Positions 13,934 through 25,614 of a stretch of DNA of 64,000 nt are shown piece by piece. The DNA comes from Setoptus koraiensis (Eukaryota; Animalia; Arthropoda): NCBI GenBank assembly GCA_048013815.1, contig CM106585.1, positions 5,332,001 through 5,396,000 of the forward strand. Reading direction: 5' to 3'. Both the position numbers and the translations under genes were made by a program. The notes beneath the pieces are model-generated. The model searched no databases. It saw only the letters and a program-made list of their open reading frames with translations, and had not been told where the DNA came from. The first letter of the stretch is position 1. Every line of letters starts with the position of its first letter.

Positions 13934-14798
13934 TGCTCGGCTTGCCAGCGGTCGGGCCGATTGGCTGATTGTGGGTTGGGATTGTTCAAGATTGTTTGTT
14001 CAACAGACAGCAAGGTCACGTGGAAAGCAGGCAGCCCGTATGCCGGCCCGGCCGGCCGCATGTCCCGTGTCGGTGGCTCTGAAACGACAGCGCACATTCG
14101 GGCCGGCGTAACGCATACGAGACAGCAACACCATTACTGGCAATAATCGTGTGTGTGTGAATATTGTTAGAACAGCGCTCAATGGTTCATTATTGTGAAC
14201 GGCGGCGGCCCATCGATGGGGCACCGTATTTCGCCGTGCCAATTGCGTATTGCGTCACAATATCGCGTCACAGCTTTTTTTGTCCACTCTCTGCAGTGTC
14301 CAGTGGTCGCAATAATGATAACAGCGAATACCGTCGGCCGTGGCCGCCGCCACCGCAACTAATGGCGCCCCGGCCAGCCAATCGGGCCGCCGGCCCCAAT
14401 TGGCCGGGGGTTGATGACCCATTAATCTGGGGCTTGCATGGGCGCAATCGAACGCGAGCGACAAAAGTGCGGCCCCGGGCCCCATCGCGACACAATTGCG
14501 GCCGGGCTTTTTCGGCTCGACTCGAGCAGCTCGAGTCGTGGCCGGAAAAGCGCCAATTCTGACCGCGTTGTCCGGTGTGTTGGGCGGCATTTTGTCCGGT
14601 CCAGGGGCCGTAGCTGGCCAGCAGAGGGACTACAACAACTACAACAGACTCGCACGGCTGGACATTGACGATTGATCATGAATAAATTTGTCAAATTTGT
14701 CACAACAACAGCAGTGCGTCATCTTGTTGGTCGAGCAGAGTCGCAGCGAGCGACAGCGACCAGAGAGGGCCCCAATGCGAAAAAGTGCTTTGCGCGCC

Positions 14799-14827
14799 CG
14801 CCGGCTAATCCAGTGGATTAGCCGGCG
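14799..14827. repeat. Perfect inverted repeat, 14-bp arms, 1-nt spacer
   Basis: CGCCGGCTAATCCA-G-TGGATTAGCCGGCG. Confidence 0.93.
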
Positions 14828-17141
14828 ATTAACTGGAAAAATGCTGCATTGTTTGCAACGGCGACGATGGCTGGCGGGGCCCCGTTGTGCGTCAAAATAC
14901 ATGGCGGTGCACTCACCAGCAACGGCGAGCCCACACTGAACCCACAAAGAAACAAATGACAGTGTCTCACCTGTGTGACCTCGAAAAGGTTTTTGTTTCT
15001 AGTGAAGGTTGGTTGTTATGGTTGTTGTTTTAGACGCGTCGTGGTAACGAGCCGTGCGTGCAAGTTGCATCATCAACATGTGTTAGACAGACAGAGAGAG
15101 AGTTACATCATTATTACGTAATAATAGGCCGTAATATTGCCGGCGGTGTCACCACTCAACGAGAGAACAAGAAGAATTGAGAGCTAGAGCTCCGGCCAAG
15201 ACAGTAATATGGTGTAGTTTTAATGCAATTGTAATGTAATATAACATACATTAATATTACATTATAAAATGCCACAAACAGCGCGCGCCACGAGCAAAAG
15301 CTAGCACGCGATGCAAGCGGAAATGAAAAAAAAAAACTAGCGCCCTCTCTCTCTTATAACCGGGCTAATCTTATGCAACAATCTTGTGCCGGTCCACGAC
15401 CAAAGTCGATCGAAACCGGCGCCTTCGTTCAGCCAAAAACTAAGCCGCTTACATAACATATTACACGCAGCGAGTCCTGTCAGAGCTCAGAATGGATGTG
15501 ATAGGCAGTTTAATTTCCTACGGCAACAACCACAACAACAACAACCACAACAACACCAACCACAACGACAACAACCACGTTGTCGTTGCAATGCCAGATC
15601 GTCGTTGCACAACAGTTGAAACAGTTGGGCAGCCAGTGCAAAATTCATTTATGCAATCGCTATCGCTTACCTATTATGTAATGCATTATATAATATTATT
15701 ATTACATAATAGATGCCCGATGCCTATGATAATTGATTATTATCATTGAATGATTATTATTATATGTGTGTTCGTCGGGAGCGAATGTGTACCGAATATA
15801 AATAATAATAATAGTGATATTGTCTTATTTACAACAACGTTCTTGGCAGCAACGGATTGGCGTATGTCGACGTTGCATTTGCAATAACATTGCATTGATA
15901 CAACATTTGGCGCGCTGTAACGGTGGCACAGTTTACGTTTGTGCTGCTGTTGTTGTCGTTGTTGTTGCTGTTGTTGCTGCTGTCGTTGCTGTTGTTGCTG
16001 TTGTTGCTGCTGCTGCTGTTGTTGTCGTTGCTATAAATTATATATTCACAACAACAACGACGAACAAACAAACAAGCAAATAAACAAGTAAACAAACAAA
16101 GATAGCACAGCAAACAACGGCCTATGACGGGCCCCAAAAGTGCGCGTCGGAGCGTGGGTCAAAACATTACAAATACATAAAATAAAACAACGGACCTCTG
16201 CCATCAATTCGCTACTGTTAAGCCCCGAAACAAAATCTAATAATATACAATACATTATGCACATATACATATGCACGGCCGGTGTGTGTGTGTGGATATT
16301 TACCTTTGACGAATCTCAATACCAAACTGGATTTACCTGTAAATTTTCAGTTAATGTTGTTGTTGTTGTTGTGTTTGTTTGGCGCGTGTTTGTGGTTTCC
16401 GAGAATCGGTTGATTCAGGTTGGTTCAGTTGTTGCCGTTGTTGTCGTTGTCGTTTGAGCACGGTTGTTTGGGCGAACAAAAATTTTGTCAATGTTAGACA
16501 GTTGTTACATAGCGTATAATTAGTTTGTCGAGCTTTGTCTGTTTGTGCTATTTGTTTAAACTTTGAAGAGGCACCCGGCGGACCGAGCGAATGACCAGAT
16601 AACGTGTCACATATAACGAGTGGCAATTAACTGGCACTAGTGGGGCCCCCCATTCATTTATTGGACATAAATGAATGTTCTGGCGCACTCTTAAAGGTCA
16701 AAGGGTTTAAGTTGAATTTCGCAATTCGTTATTGCCCCTCTGCTCCCCTTGATAGGCGCCAATTTTCAATTTTAACGCGGGCTCTTCAGCAAAAGCGGGG
16801 GCCTGTTTGTGCAAGCTCGAGCTTGCCATTGGTTACTTACCAACTGAGCCGGCGCCGAATACAATTATCCGGTAATCGTTACTTTGTTCAGGCATGATCT
16901 GATGAATTGATGGATATTTTCTCTGTCTGTTTGTTTGCTGGTGCTGCTGCTGATGCTGTCGATACAATTTGTGTCGGATGAATTGGCCGCTTTGCTAACT
17001 TTTAGCCTTGACTTTTAATATTTTAGCCGTGCCGCTTTTGGCCGTGTCGACTACAATGGCCGTTGTGTCGTAATACCCCGTCGTAATGTGCGACGACTGT
17101 GCTGCAATGGCCAATCGACTTGTAATCGCAGAATCGCGCCC

Positions 17142-17195
17142 CGAAATTTCGAAATGCGAAATTTTGAAATGCGAAATTTTGAAATGCGAAATTTT
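17142..17195. repeat. 15-bp tandem repeat x3.5 (GAAATGCGAAATTTT)
   Basis: Three perfect units plus a partial copy, followed by a looser AATCTTGGCGA array at ~17234-17290. Confidence 0.9.
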
Positions 17196-17918
17196 GCGCC
17201 CAAAATCTGGCGATTTCACCGCGATCGCACACCAAATCTTGGCGAACCTTGGTAAATCTTGGCGAATCTTTGCGCGAATCTTGTCTATCTTGTTGCGGGC
17301 TGGTTGTTTGCACGTACTGGGCTCATATTGCAACTACAACGATCGTCTGGCAAGCTCGTGCTGGTCGTCATGACAACGGTATGTGCGCGTCTAGAGAGAA
17401 GATCGATTAGCTGTTGTGCCGTTCACCGTCGTCCGTTCGCATCCATTTTGTTCCGCCGGTGCTGTTGCTATTTCTGGGGCCGCAGGTTGTTGGCGTCGGT
17501 TGTTGCTGTTGGTCGTTGGCGTTGGTTGTTGGCGTCGGTCGTTGGCGTTGGTTGTTGCGAGTTGGCGGCGCGAGCGAGCGCACAAGCAAAATTGGAAAGA
17601 ACAATAAGATTGAGACAGATTAGATGATAATCGATATATGGCGCTCGCCATCAGTTAAACTCTATATATAGCCAGCACGTGCAGTATGGACTCGACAGCG
17701 CAGCGGCTCGCGCGCCGTTCAATTAGCGGCGCAACCGGAAGTGCGTCAGTCTACCAGCAACTGGCACGCCGTTGGGTTAGTCGGGCGCTAGCTGGGCGAC
17801 TGTTAACACTGTCAGTGGGACGGGGCCGCCAACTGTAAAGTAGCATAGGCGGCCATTGATAATACATGTGTTGCTGCCTAATGATTGCTGTCGCTGCCGC
17901 TGATGTTGTTGTTGTTGC

Positions 17919-17949
<31 letters not shown>

Positions 17950-19179
17950 GCTGTTGTTGGAGAATTGATTGAGAGGATAATGGCAGCCGAGGGGCCGACA
18001 ACAACAAAATAATTTAAACGCGGCGGCGCCGCGGCCATCTATCCGCTGGCCGGCGTTTATCTGCTGGCGGGCCGGCGTCTATCCGCTGGCTGCCGGCGTT
18101 TATCCGCTGGCTGGCCGGCGATTCAGTGAAGCGCATCTCCATTGTCTCTGCTGTTTATTATTATCTATTTATTGTGTCTGGTCTGGCCTGGCGTTTTATT
18201 GTTGCGGCCTCTATTTGCGGCCTTATTACTGCTTATTATTGCTTATTTGCGACCGGTGGCCGCGAACGAGGCTCGCGCCCCATTTTGAGCTCGCATCAAA
18301 AACGCCATACACGCCACTAAATGCACGCGCTAGATGAATGTCACGCCAGACACCAGCCAGCAGATATAAATTGCAACAGCGATTGCGGCACACCGGAAAT
18401 GTCGGAGCCGGACCGCGGGCGGCGATAAAGGCAACCGCACCGCTGTCCTGTCCGCCACACTAATAGCACGATACTATTAGCACGATATTAGTGAGCGCGG
18501 CAAGATAGCACATATATGGCCAGTATATATTTGTCCGTGCGGTACCTCCGCGGCGGCGTGCGGTGCCCCGCTGCCGGCGCGCCTAATAGTGCGGTTGCAG
18601 TGCGGGCCGCACTGCACACGGGCCCGGTGCATATGCTGGCTGGTGCCAGGCCGACGGTCACGGGCACCGCCGGCCGGGGCGTGGGCCCATATTAATTACT
18701 CGGTTTGTTGTAAGTGGCAGCTGCACGACAGTTGCTGGCCCGCGGCGCCAAGCCGGCCGCTGGCCGCCCGTGCACCGTCGCGTGTGACTCGGGCAAGCTA
18801 GCCGGCGGACCGCTGGCCGCCCGAGTAAAATATGTGCGCATTATGTAACCGTGGTAAACAGTGTGCGTCGCGCGTCTTTGTTTGTTTTCTGCTCATGTCT
18901 TGCGGGCTAATTTGCTGTGTCGTGTCGGCCCGTTGTGTCGCTTGTGTCGGTCTCACTTATGTCGGTCGCGTCGGTCGGCGTGCGGCTGTCGTCAACTTGC
19001 CAGTTGTCGGGCCCGTTTCCCGTTGGCGCCCGTTCCGCATTTAGCCGGAGCGCGTTCAGCGGCACGTGGAAACGCGCGCACACTAACGAGCTGCACTGAG
19101 GCTACTGTTACATAACACACGCAAAACACGCGCTAGCTGCGCGATTTGTTTGCCGGCTGCGTTTGCCAGCGTTGCCCAG

Positions 19180-19233
19180 CAGCCAACTTGTCCGACGGGG
19201 GCCAAAAGGGGCCCCCGTCGGACAAGTTGGCTG
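19180..19233. repeat. Perfect hairpin, 24-bp arms, 6-nt loop
   Basis: CAGCCAACTTGTCCGACGGGGGCC-AAAAGG-GGCCCCCGTCGGACAAGTTGGCTG. Confidence 0.96.
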
Positions 19234-19762
19234 GCGGCGCCGCGTGCAAATTGCGAGATCGTGCGGCGACACTTTTTATTCTTGACTGTGGCGCGTAATC
19301 TCGAATCGCGTCAAGCGATTGTCTAGCCAGTATCAGGCCATTATATTGTGCTATGATATAACACAGATGGGGCGCAATGTGACAATGTCCGCAACGCCGT
19401 TGCGTAACAGCGCGGCTCGGCGCGGCCCGGCCCGCGATGTAACGCGTGCCGCATCGCGCGACAGGCGACAAACGGACAAACTGAACGTACTCACACTCGG
19501 GCGCGCTCGCCCGGCACGCAAATGAGCCGAGCGGGCCAAATGAGCTCGCACATGAGCACACAAAATAATTACAATATTATTACACGATGGTATTTACATA
19601 AAAACCATTAGACGCGCCTGTTCGGGCCCCGGCGGGCTGTTCGAGGCCCGCGGCCTCTGGCCGACAGCGAAACGCGGCCGTGCCCCGACGGCGAAAACGC
19701 GCGCGGCCCGGAGATGGCTCAAGACACGCGCAGCGTGAGCAGTCGCCCGAGAGTCTCGGGCC

Positions 19763-19834
19763 GAGGCGCCACGAATTCGCCGGCGCCCCGACGAGAGGCG
19801 CCACGAATTCGCCGGCGCCCCGACGAGAGGCGCC
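19763..19834. repeat. 32-bp perfect tandem duplication x2.25
   Basis: GAGGCGCCACGAATTCGCCGGCGCCCCGACGA twice, then GAGGCGCC. Confidence 0.93.
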
Positions 19835-20543
19835 GGCGAACGGCAACCGGCGCGACATTTAACATTAATTTTAAGTTGTGCTTGAGTTGCGGATTTGTCA
19901 CAAAACCCGACAAATCCGCTGCGCCGCGCCGCTCCGCGCACCGCTCCGAATCGCCGCGTAGGCATAAATCTTGACAATTCGCTAATACGACGCCGCCACG
20001 CATACGAGGCCACTATTAAGATAAACGATCGTCATAACTAATACACGCTGGCTGCATTGTCTCGTGCCCGGGTTGACGCAAATTAGTTGCCGGAACGAGT
20101 CGGGCCGGGCCGGGGCTAATCACTAATTTGAGCGCGGTACTAACGCGCCAGTGCCCCTAGCCGCTGCGTGTCGCACACAATAATTACGTAACACCTAATA
20201 TTACTGTCGCGTCGATCGCCCGCCAGCTATGTCGCTAGGCGCTGCCGCCCACGCGCCCTTTCGCGGGGGCACAAGAATTCATCGAATTCGCAATTGGCCG
20301 CGTGAATTGAGGTGTGCGTTTCCGCAAGCGCCCGTCGCACAGATAGCGGCCGATGCGACGGCGGCGGCCGCGGACACACCGGACAACAAATGACGATCGA
20401 CGGGTGAATGCGCGTCACCTCGGGCAACGCATGCATGCCACACAAATCGGACAATGCCCGCGTCCGACGCAGCCCTGGGTCACTTGGCAGCTCGGCGGGT
20501 CGGCCGGGCGCCTCGGGACGTTAGTTTCGCGCGGCAGGCGCCA

Positions 20544-20605
20544 ACGGGCAACCAGCGACTGACGGGCAACCGGCGACTTACGGGCAACCAGCGACTTACG
20601 GGCAA
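20544..20605. repeat. 18-bp tandem repeat x3.5 (ACGGGCAACCAGCGACTT)
   Basis: Three full units and one partial unit. Confidence 0.9.
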
Positions 20606-21154
20606 GCCGCGAACTAACGGACTGGCCAATCGCGCCTTTTTTCACATCCGAGCATTCATAATCGACGAGACGTGCTATTTATATAACATTATTATTGGTG
20701 GCGCGCATATTTGAGGCCCATTGTGGCTGGCGCCCAATACAGGCGAAAAGATTGATTGGGCCGCAATTGGGTGAGTGGGTTGTCGGTGCAACCGCTCGGC
20801 GCCACGGGCCGGCAATGCCGAGCCGCCGGGCGCAAGATAAGTTATCGTTGAATTATCGCACAATCAATTCATTGTGACACTTGAACTGCGACAGCGAAAT
20901 TTGTTATATTAGAGCATTGTGTTTGGTGCGGGGGCCCCTCTTGCGCAATCACCGGTTGGCCGCCCGTAAAGTGGCCATTTGTGACTTGGCGGTGCACCGA
21001 GTGCGGAGCGCGGCCTCGCGTCCCAGCGAGTCATTTGGAGCGATCGTTCGAGCGGCCCGAGAAGAAATTCGGGCCCCCCGCTCTCAACAAACTGGCTCGT
21101 CTTGGTTCGCCAGTCGCTCTAGTCGCGCTGGCAACCACTCTCCCGGATCGCAAC

Positions 21155-21237
21155 AGCGCCCCCTATAGACATATCGCTCAGCGGCGCCCCCTATAGACCC
21201 ATCGCACAGCGCCCCCTATAGACATATTGCTCAGCGG
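21155..21237. repeat. Triple GCGCCCCCTATAGAC repeat (CTCF-motif-like)
   Basis: Copies at ~21155, ~21183 and ~21208. The minus strand reads TCTATAGGGGGCGC, matching 11/14 positions of the CTCF core CCASYAGRKGGCRS. Confidence 0.6.
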
Positions 21238-22701
21238 CCCTCACATTCTGAGGCTCACAACGAGCGAGTGAGCTGGCTTTATGGGTACTCTACGCACTAG
21301 ATTAGAGCTTGCTACTCGTGTGTATGCGCGTGCCAGTACGTGTTCGTGTGCCGGCGTACGTGCGTGTGTGTGTGTGTGTGTGTGCGTGTGTGCGATACAC
21401 CAATGGACGGGGTATTGTAGTATATTAATGCGCGCGCGGATGAAAAAGCCCTGATGAGGCAAGCGAGCGGGCCACTTGAATATTTGCCGTTAATGCATGG
21501 CTGGTGTAGCGCGCAGCCGGGCGCTTTTGTCATGGCAAGACCGACCGACCGCTCGCCGCTGTTACACACCGACTCGCCCCCCCCCCCCGACGGACAAGAA
21601 AGCGGCCCCACTAATAATACCCCAGTTAAGCCCGCTGCATTTGTGCAGCGGTGGTACCGTTCAACCGAGCGCGATTGCGAGCTGTGCAAGGCAGCGGCGC
21701 GCGGCCCCACTCGTTGGCGCAGTTCGCCAGGCGGACCCATCCGGCCAGCCAACCAGCACGAGCGCCTGCACGTGTAATAAGCGTATTGCTGCTTGACTGC
21801 ATGCGGCCAGCTCGTGTTTGTGATATGATACACACACACGCACACGCACGCGGAGTGCATTACGGGGGGGGGGTGTTTAGCGGGGCACAGCCAGCAACAA
21901 TGGCCGCCGACAACAACAGCAACAACACCGTCAACAACAACAACAGCAACAACAACAGCAACAACAACAACAACAACAGCGGCAGCAACAACAACATCGG
22001 CGGCCAACAGGCAAGAAACTGGCGAGCTCCTTGGCGCTGTCGCGGGCCGCTTTGCCCGAGCATCTTGCTTGTCACTCGGCTCCCGTTTTCGGCGACTCTG
22101 GCCGGCCCGACATATGCGACAGCGCGCCCTCTTATCGACAACTGTTCCACATCGGGGCCCCAATTTTTGGAGCGTGCAAGTGTGCGTGCCCGCCAACGGG
22201 CCCAGCGCTAAATACAAGTGGAGTGGCATTTCCAACGAGGGATTAGCACTGGCGAGCTAGCTCGCTCGCTGGCTGGCTGGCTGGCTGGCGTGGAGACGAT
22301 ACACGTTTGTAATATTCTGGCGCATGCAGCGACGCAACCGGCATTATATAACCGATGCGTCGTCCACTGGCAGCCATAGGTCGTATAATGCAACCATAGT
22401 AACCCCGGCCGACATTAGTCGGTGGATACAAGTAGCGCGAACAGCCGTCGCCAACAACAAGATGCTCTCGCACTCAAGAAAATAACCAAGCACACACATG
22501 GGCCGACAAAACAGCCGCCGGCCGGCCCGGCCAGACCGGCCAAACAGTGACAAAGCCAACAACGGGGCAGAGAGAAAACCCCAAGCGGAGCGGAAATAGC
22601 CCGGCAGTGCCAGCCTCTTTTACTGTCGCCCAAGCTGTTAGCTAGCTCGAGCTGTTAGTGTGCGTGCCCCATTGAAACGGCTCCGTTGTCGCCGCGCCGC
22701 A

Positions 22702-22810
22702 CCAATCCAATTCGACCCAATCGAAGCGGGGCCCGGTTCGATTCGATCGGAATCAACTCAATTCAATTCGACGATTGAATTCAATTCAATCGAATCCAAT
22801 CTAATCCATT
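22702..22810. repeat. Degenerate pentamer (AATTC/AATCG/ATTCG) low-complexity array
   Basis: About 20 loosely conserved 5-bp units. Confidence 0.7.
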
Positions 22811-24491
22811 GTTGTCTTATGTCTGCCTCCCCCTTTTGCCAGCTCGCTGCTTTGTTTGCCTCGCCACCTCAATCTTGGCCCAACTAGGCAAACACTGACT
22901 TTAATGTGCTTATTATTGTGTTATCTATTTTTCTCCTCTCCCATTCTCGCTACCCTCTCGCCCTCGCCTCTGACCTCAATACCTTCTAACTGACGCCGAA
23001 GGCTTAATCTAGTTTAGTGGCGCAGATTTTTTTCTCCTCGTTGCCGCCCTCCCCATTTTGTCTTGTCTCTTGTTTTGTCGCCCGACGAAAGCGACGAGCG
23101 CGCTTGCCCGGGCCGCTCACAACATGCTCGAATTACTGGGAATTTTCCGTTTTGTCGTGGGGCTCCTACGACAAAATTTCTTCTGCTCTAATTATCATCG
23201 TCATCATGCTGCTGCCGCTGCTGTCCATTGCAAACAAAGCAAACAGCTAGATGACACAGCAAACGAAGACGCCAGGTTATTGTATTATTTAACAAACATG
23301 GCCAGCAGCCGATTTCGAGCGCTTTCACTCAATCGGATATCGGCGAGCGCCACTGCAATGGCAAGATGATTGGCAGGGTGTCAACACACCTTGCCACACA
23401 AACACAGTTCGTTCGTGATGGACAGAATGAGTGAGTTTCGGGACCCCCCCCCCCCAACGATTTGATGACACTCCGACCAGCCATGTCAAACAAGACAGAT
23501 AGATTTGTGACAAACTCGAGCTTGCCAAAATCGGGCTACCCGAAATCGAGTTGATTTTTTCCAGCGAAACGCTGGCACCGTTCATTCGATCACCTGTGTA
23601 GCCCGGATCTGTTCGAACTTCGAAGCCTCAGCGTCTGCAGATATATTATTGCAGACGGTTCACGCTAGAGTGGACGTTTAACGCCCGCGCCCCCCCTCCC
23701 CCAGATGATGATTGACACGTACAACAACGCGCGCAGGTACAGCCTGGCTGTTTTCAATCAATTCGTAATTGAGTCTGCGTTTCGGAAACACTGGTGCTCA
23801 GAGGCATTTTTTTTTTCTCGAAATCGTGAAGATTCGCGAAAATCAATCCAATCATCGGCGGCTATTTTCCGGAGTTGACGCGCTGCCGAGGCACCACCAA
23901 GACTGCATCACATCATCGCAAATTCAAGACACACGACAGAAGGACACCATTATTATGCACTTTTTTTCCTTTTGCAGAATTTTGTTTTCTTTTGTTAGAG
24001 AGTGGCCCCCGTGCCAGATTGAGACTTTTTCGGCTTCGCACGCCAGTAGACAAAGGAACGGGCCCGTCCTCGATGGGCCGTGCATGTGCACCGATTTATC
24101 CGATGTTTCGATCCCGAATTTCGATCGGTGGAGTCACGAGTTTTCTCCGTTGCCGCCGCATACTGCATGGCTAACATGACGTGGCCTCTCATTATGAGAG
24201 TCTCATAGCGTCCAAAACTTACAATGATGACTGATATCAAACCCATGGCCCAAGTGCATTTTCGGTGCATCGACTTTGCGCGGGAAAACAGTCGCTCGCG
24301 GGACGTCATGAGGGAAAAAATTGTGACCCTGTTGGAAAAACAGGCCCGAAAAAATGACGATTCCGAAAAGTGGCGCGCGCTTTCCAGGAAATATTCCGAA
24401 AATTGTGCACTCTCGCTGTGGCTAAAAAAAAACAAGCCAGCAGCGGTAGCGTAAACGAGCGCCTGGGTGCCCCAATGACCAGGCGCGGGAT

Positions 24492-24565
24492 AGCCGAAAT
24501 GTGGAAAAGCCGAAATGAGGGAAAGCCGAAATGAGCACGAGCCGAAATGAGGAAAAGCCGAAATG
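24492..24565. repeat. 16-bp periodic array with invariant AGCCGAAATG core x5
   Basis: AGCCGAAATG at 24492, 24508, 24524, 24540 and 24556, separated by variable 6-nt linkers. Confidence 0.92.
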
Positions 24566-25008
24566 TCGGATTGCCGGAATGCAAACCGCCGGCGGCGTAT
24601 CTGTGTCAACAAGAAGTGGCAAGGGCACCATTAAGTCGGCCTGCGTGATTCAAACAATTGGTCCAATTGGCACATGCACTGTCGGTGTTGCAAATCGGAC
24701 AACAAAGAAATTCGCCAAGAGGCCAGCCACTAACGAGCTGCGCGCTAACGATTTGTTTGTCTATTTATTTATCCGGTGCGCAGGCCGCGAACAAACGTCA
24801 AGCGAGGCGAAATTGGAGCGCCATTTAGAGTATCATGCGGCCAGTATTGTTTCGAAGGCGCGCGAGTGAAAAAACTGGAGAAATGGTGGAAACTAATGAG
24901 AAAAAAAAAAGAAGAAATTGTGTGTGCAGAGGCCATTTTCCGGGCGATTTTTTTTTCGGAAAAAAAATTTTCACCTACAGCGACTGACGGGCATCGGCCG
25001 AACAGTGG

Positions 25009-25098
25009 GCCGAATGGTGCCGAATGGTGCCGAATGGTGCCGAATGGTGCCGAATGGTGCCGAATGGTGCCGAATGGTGCCGAACGATGCCGAATGGT
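25009..25098. repeat. 10-bp tandem repeat x~9 (CGAATGGTGC)
   Basis: Seven perfect units, one variant and one partial unit. Confidence 0.96.
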
Positions 25099-25600
25099 CA
25101 GATGTTGGAACGGTCAAATGTCAATGTCCGATGCGTTGGACACGATAAAATTGTGGGCAGCTCGAACATGCCATGATTGGGAACAGATAACGACAGACAG
25201 TAATCGACTGTCATGTTTGATTGCGTCATAAGTGTCAATTGTGCTCTTATTAATAGTGTCTGCTTGTGAGATGTGTGCACGCTTCACCAAATCGACGCAC
25301 ACTGGCCAAATCCAATAAATTATCCATTGCGACAAGGGATAAACGTGGCCAGCACAACGATGGCCGGACCTGAGCAGACCGTCTCGCCAGACAGTGAGTC
25401 TCACTGAGTGAGAGAGCGACAAAGAGCTCGTTGTTTGGCTCGGGTGCCTCTGAAAAGTGTCTAGCCGCTCCATTTGGTTGGCTGGCCGTTTGGGGCGACA
25501 CTCGAACTTGTGCGGGGCACACTGGCACAGTTGCCCGTGGAGCGGACCGGCGCAATCCATGTCGAAATCACCTGAGCGCCCCTCTCGATGCTCACCTGAG

Positions 25601-25614
25601 CGCGCGCGCGCGCG
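25601..25614. repeat. (CG)7 alternating purine-pyrimidine run
   Basis: CGCGCGCGCGCGCG seen directly; Z-DNA-prone by established sequence rules. Confidence 0.85.
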
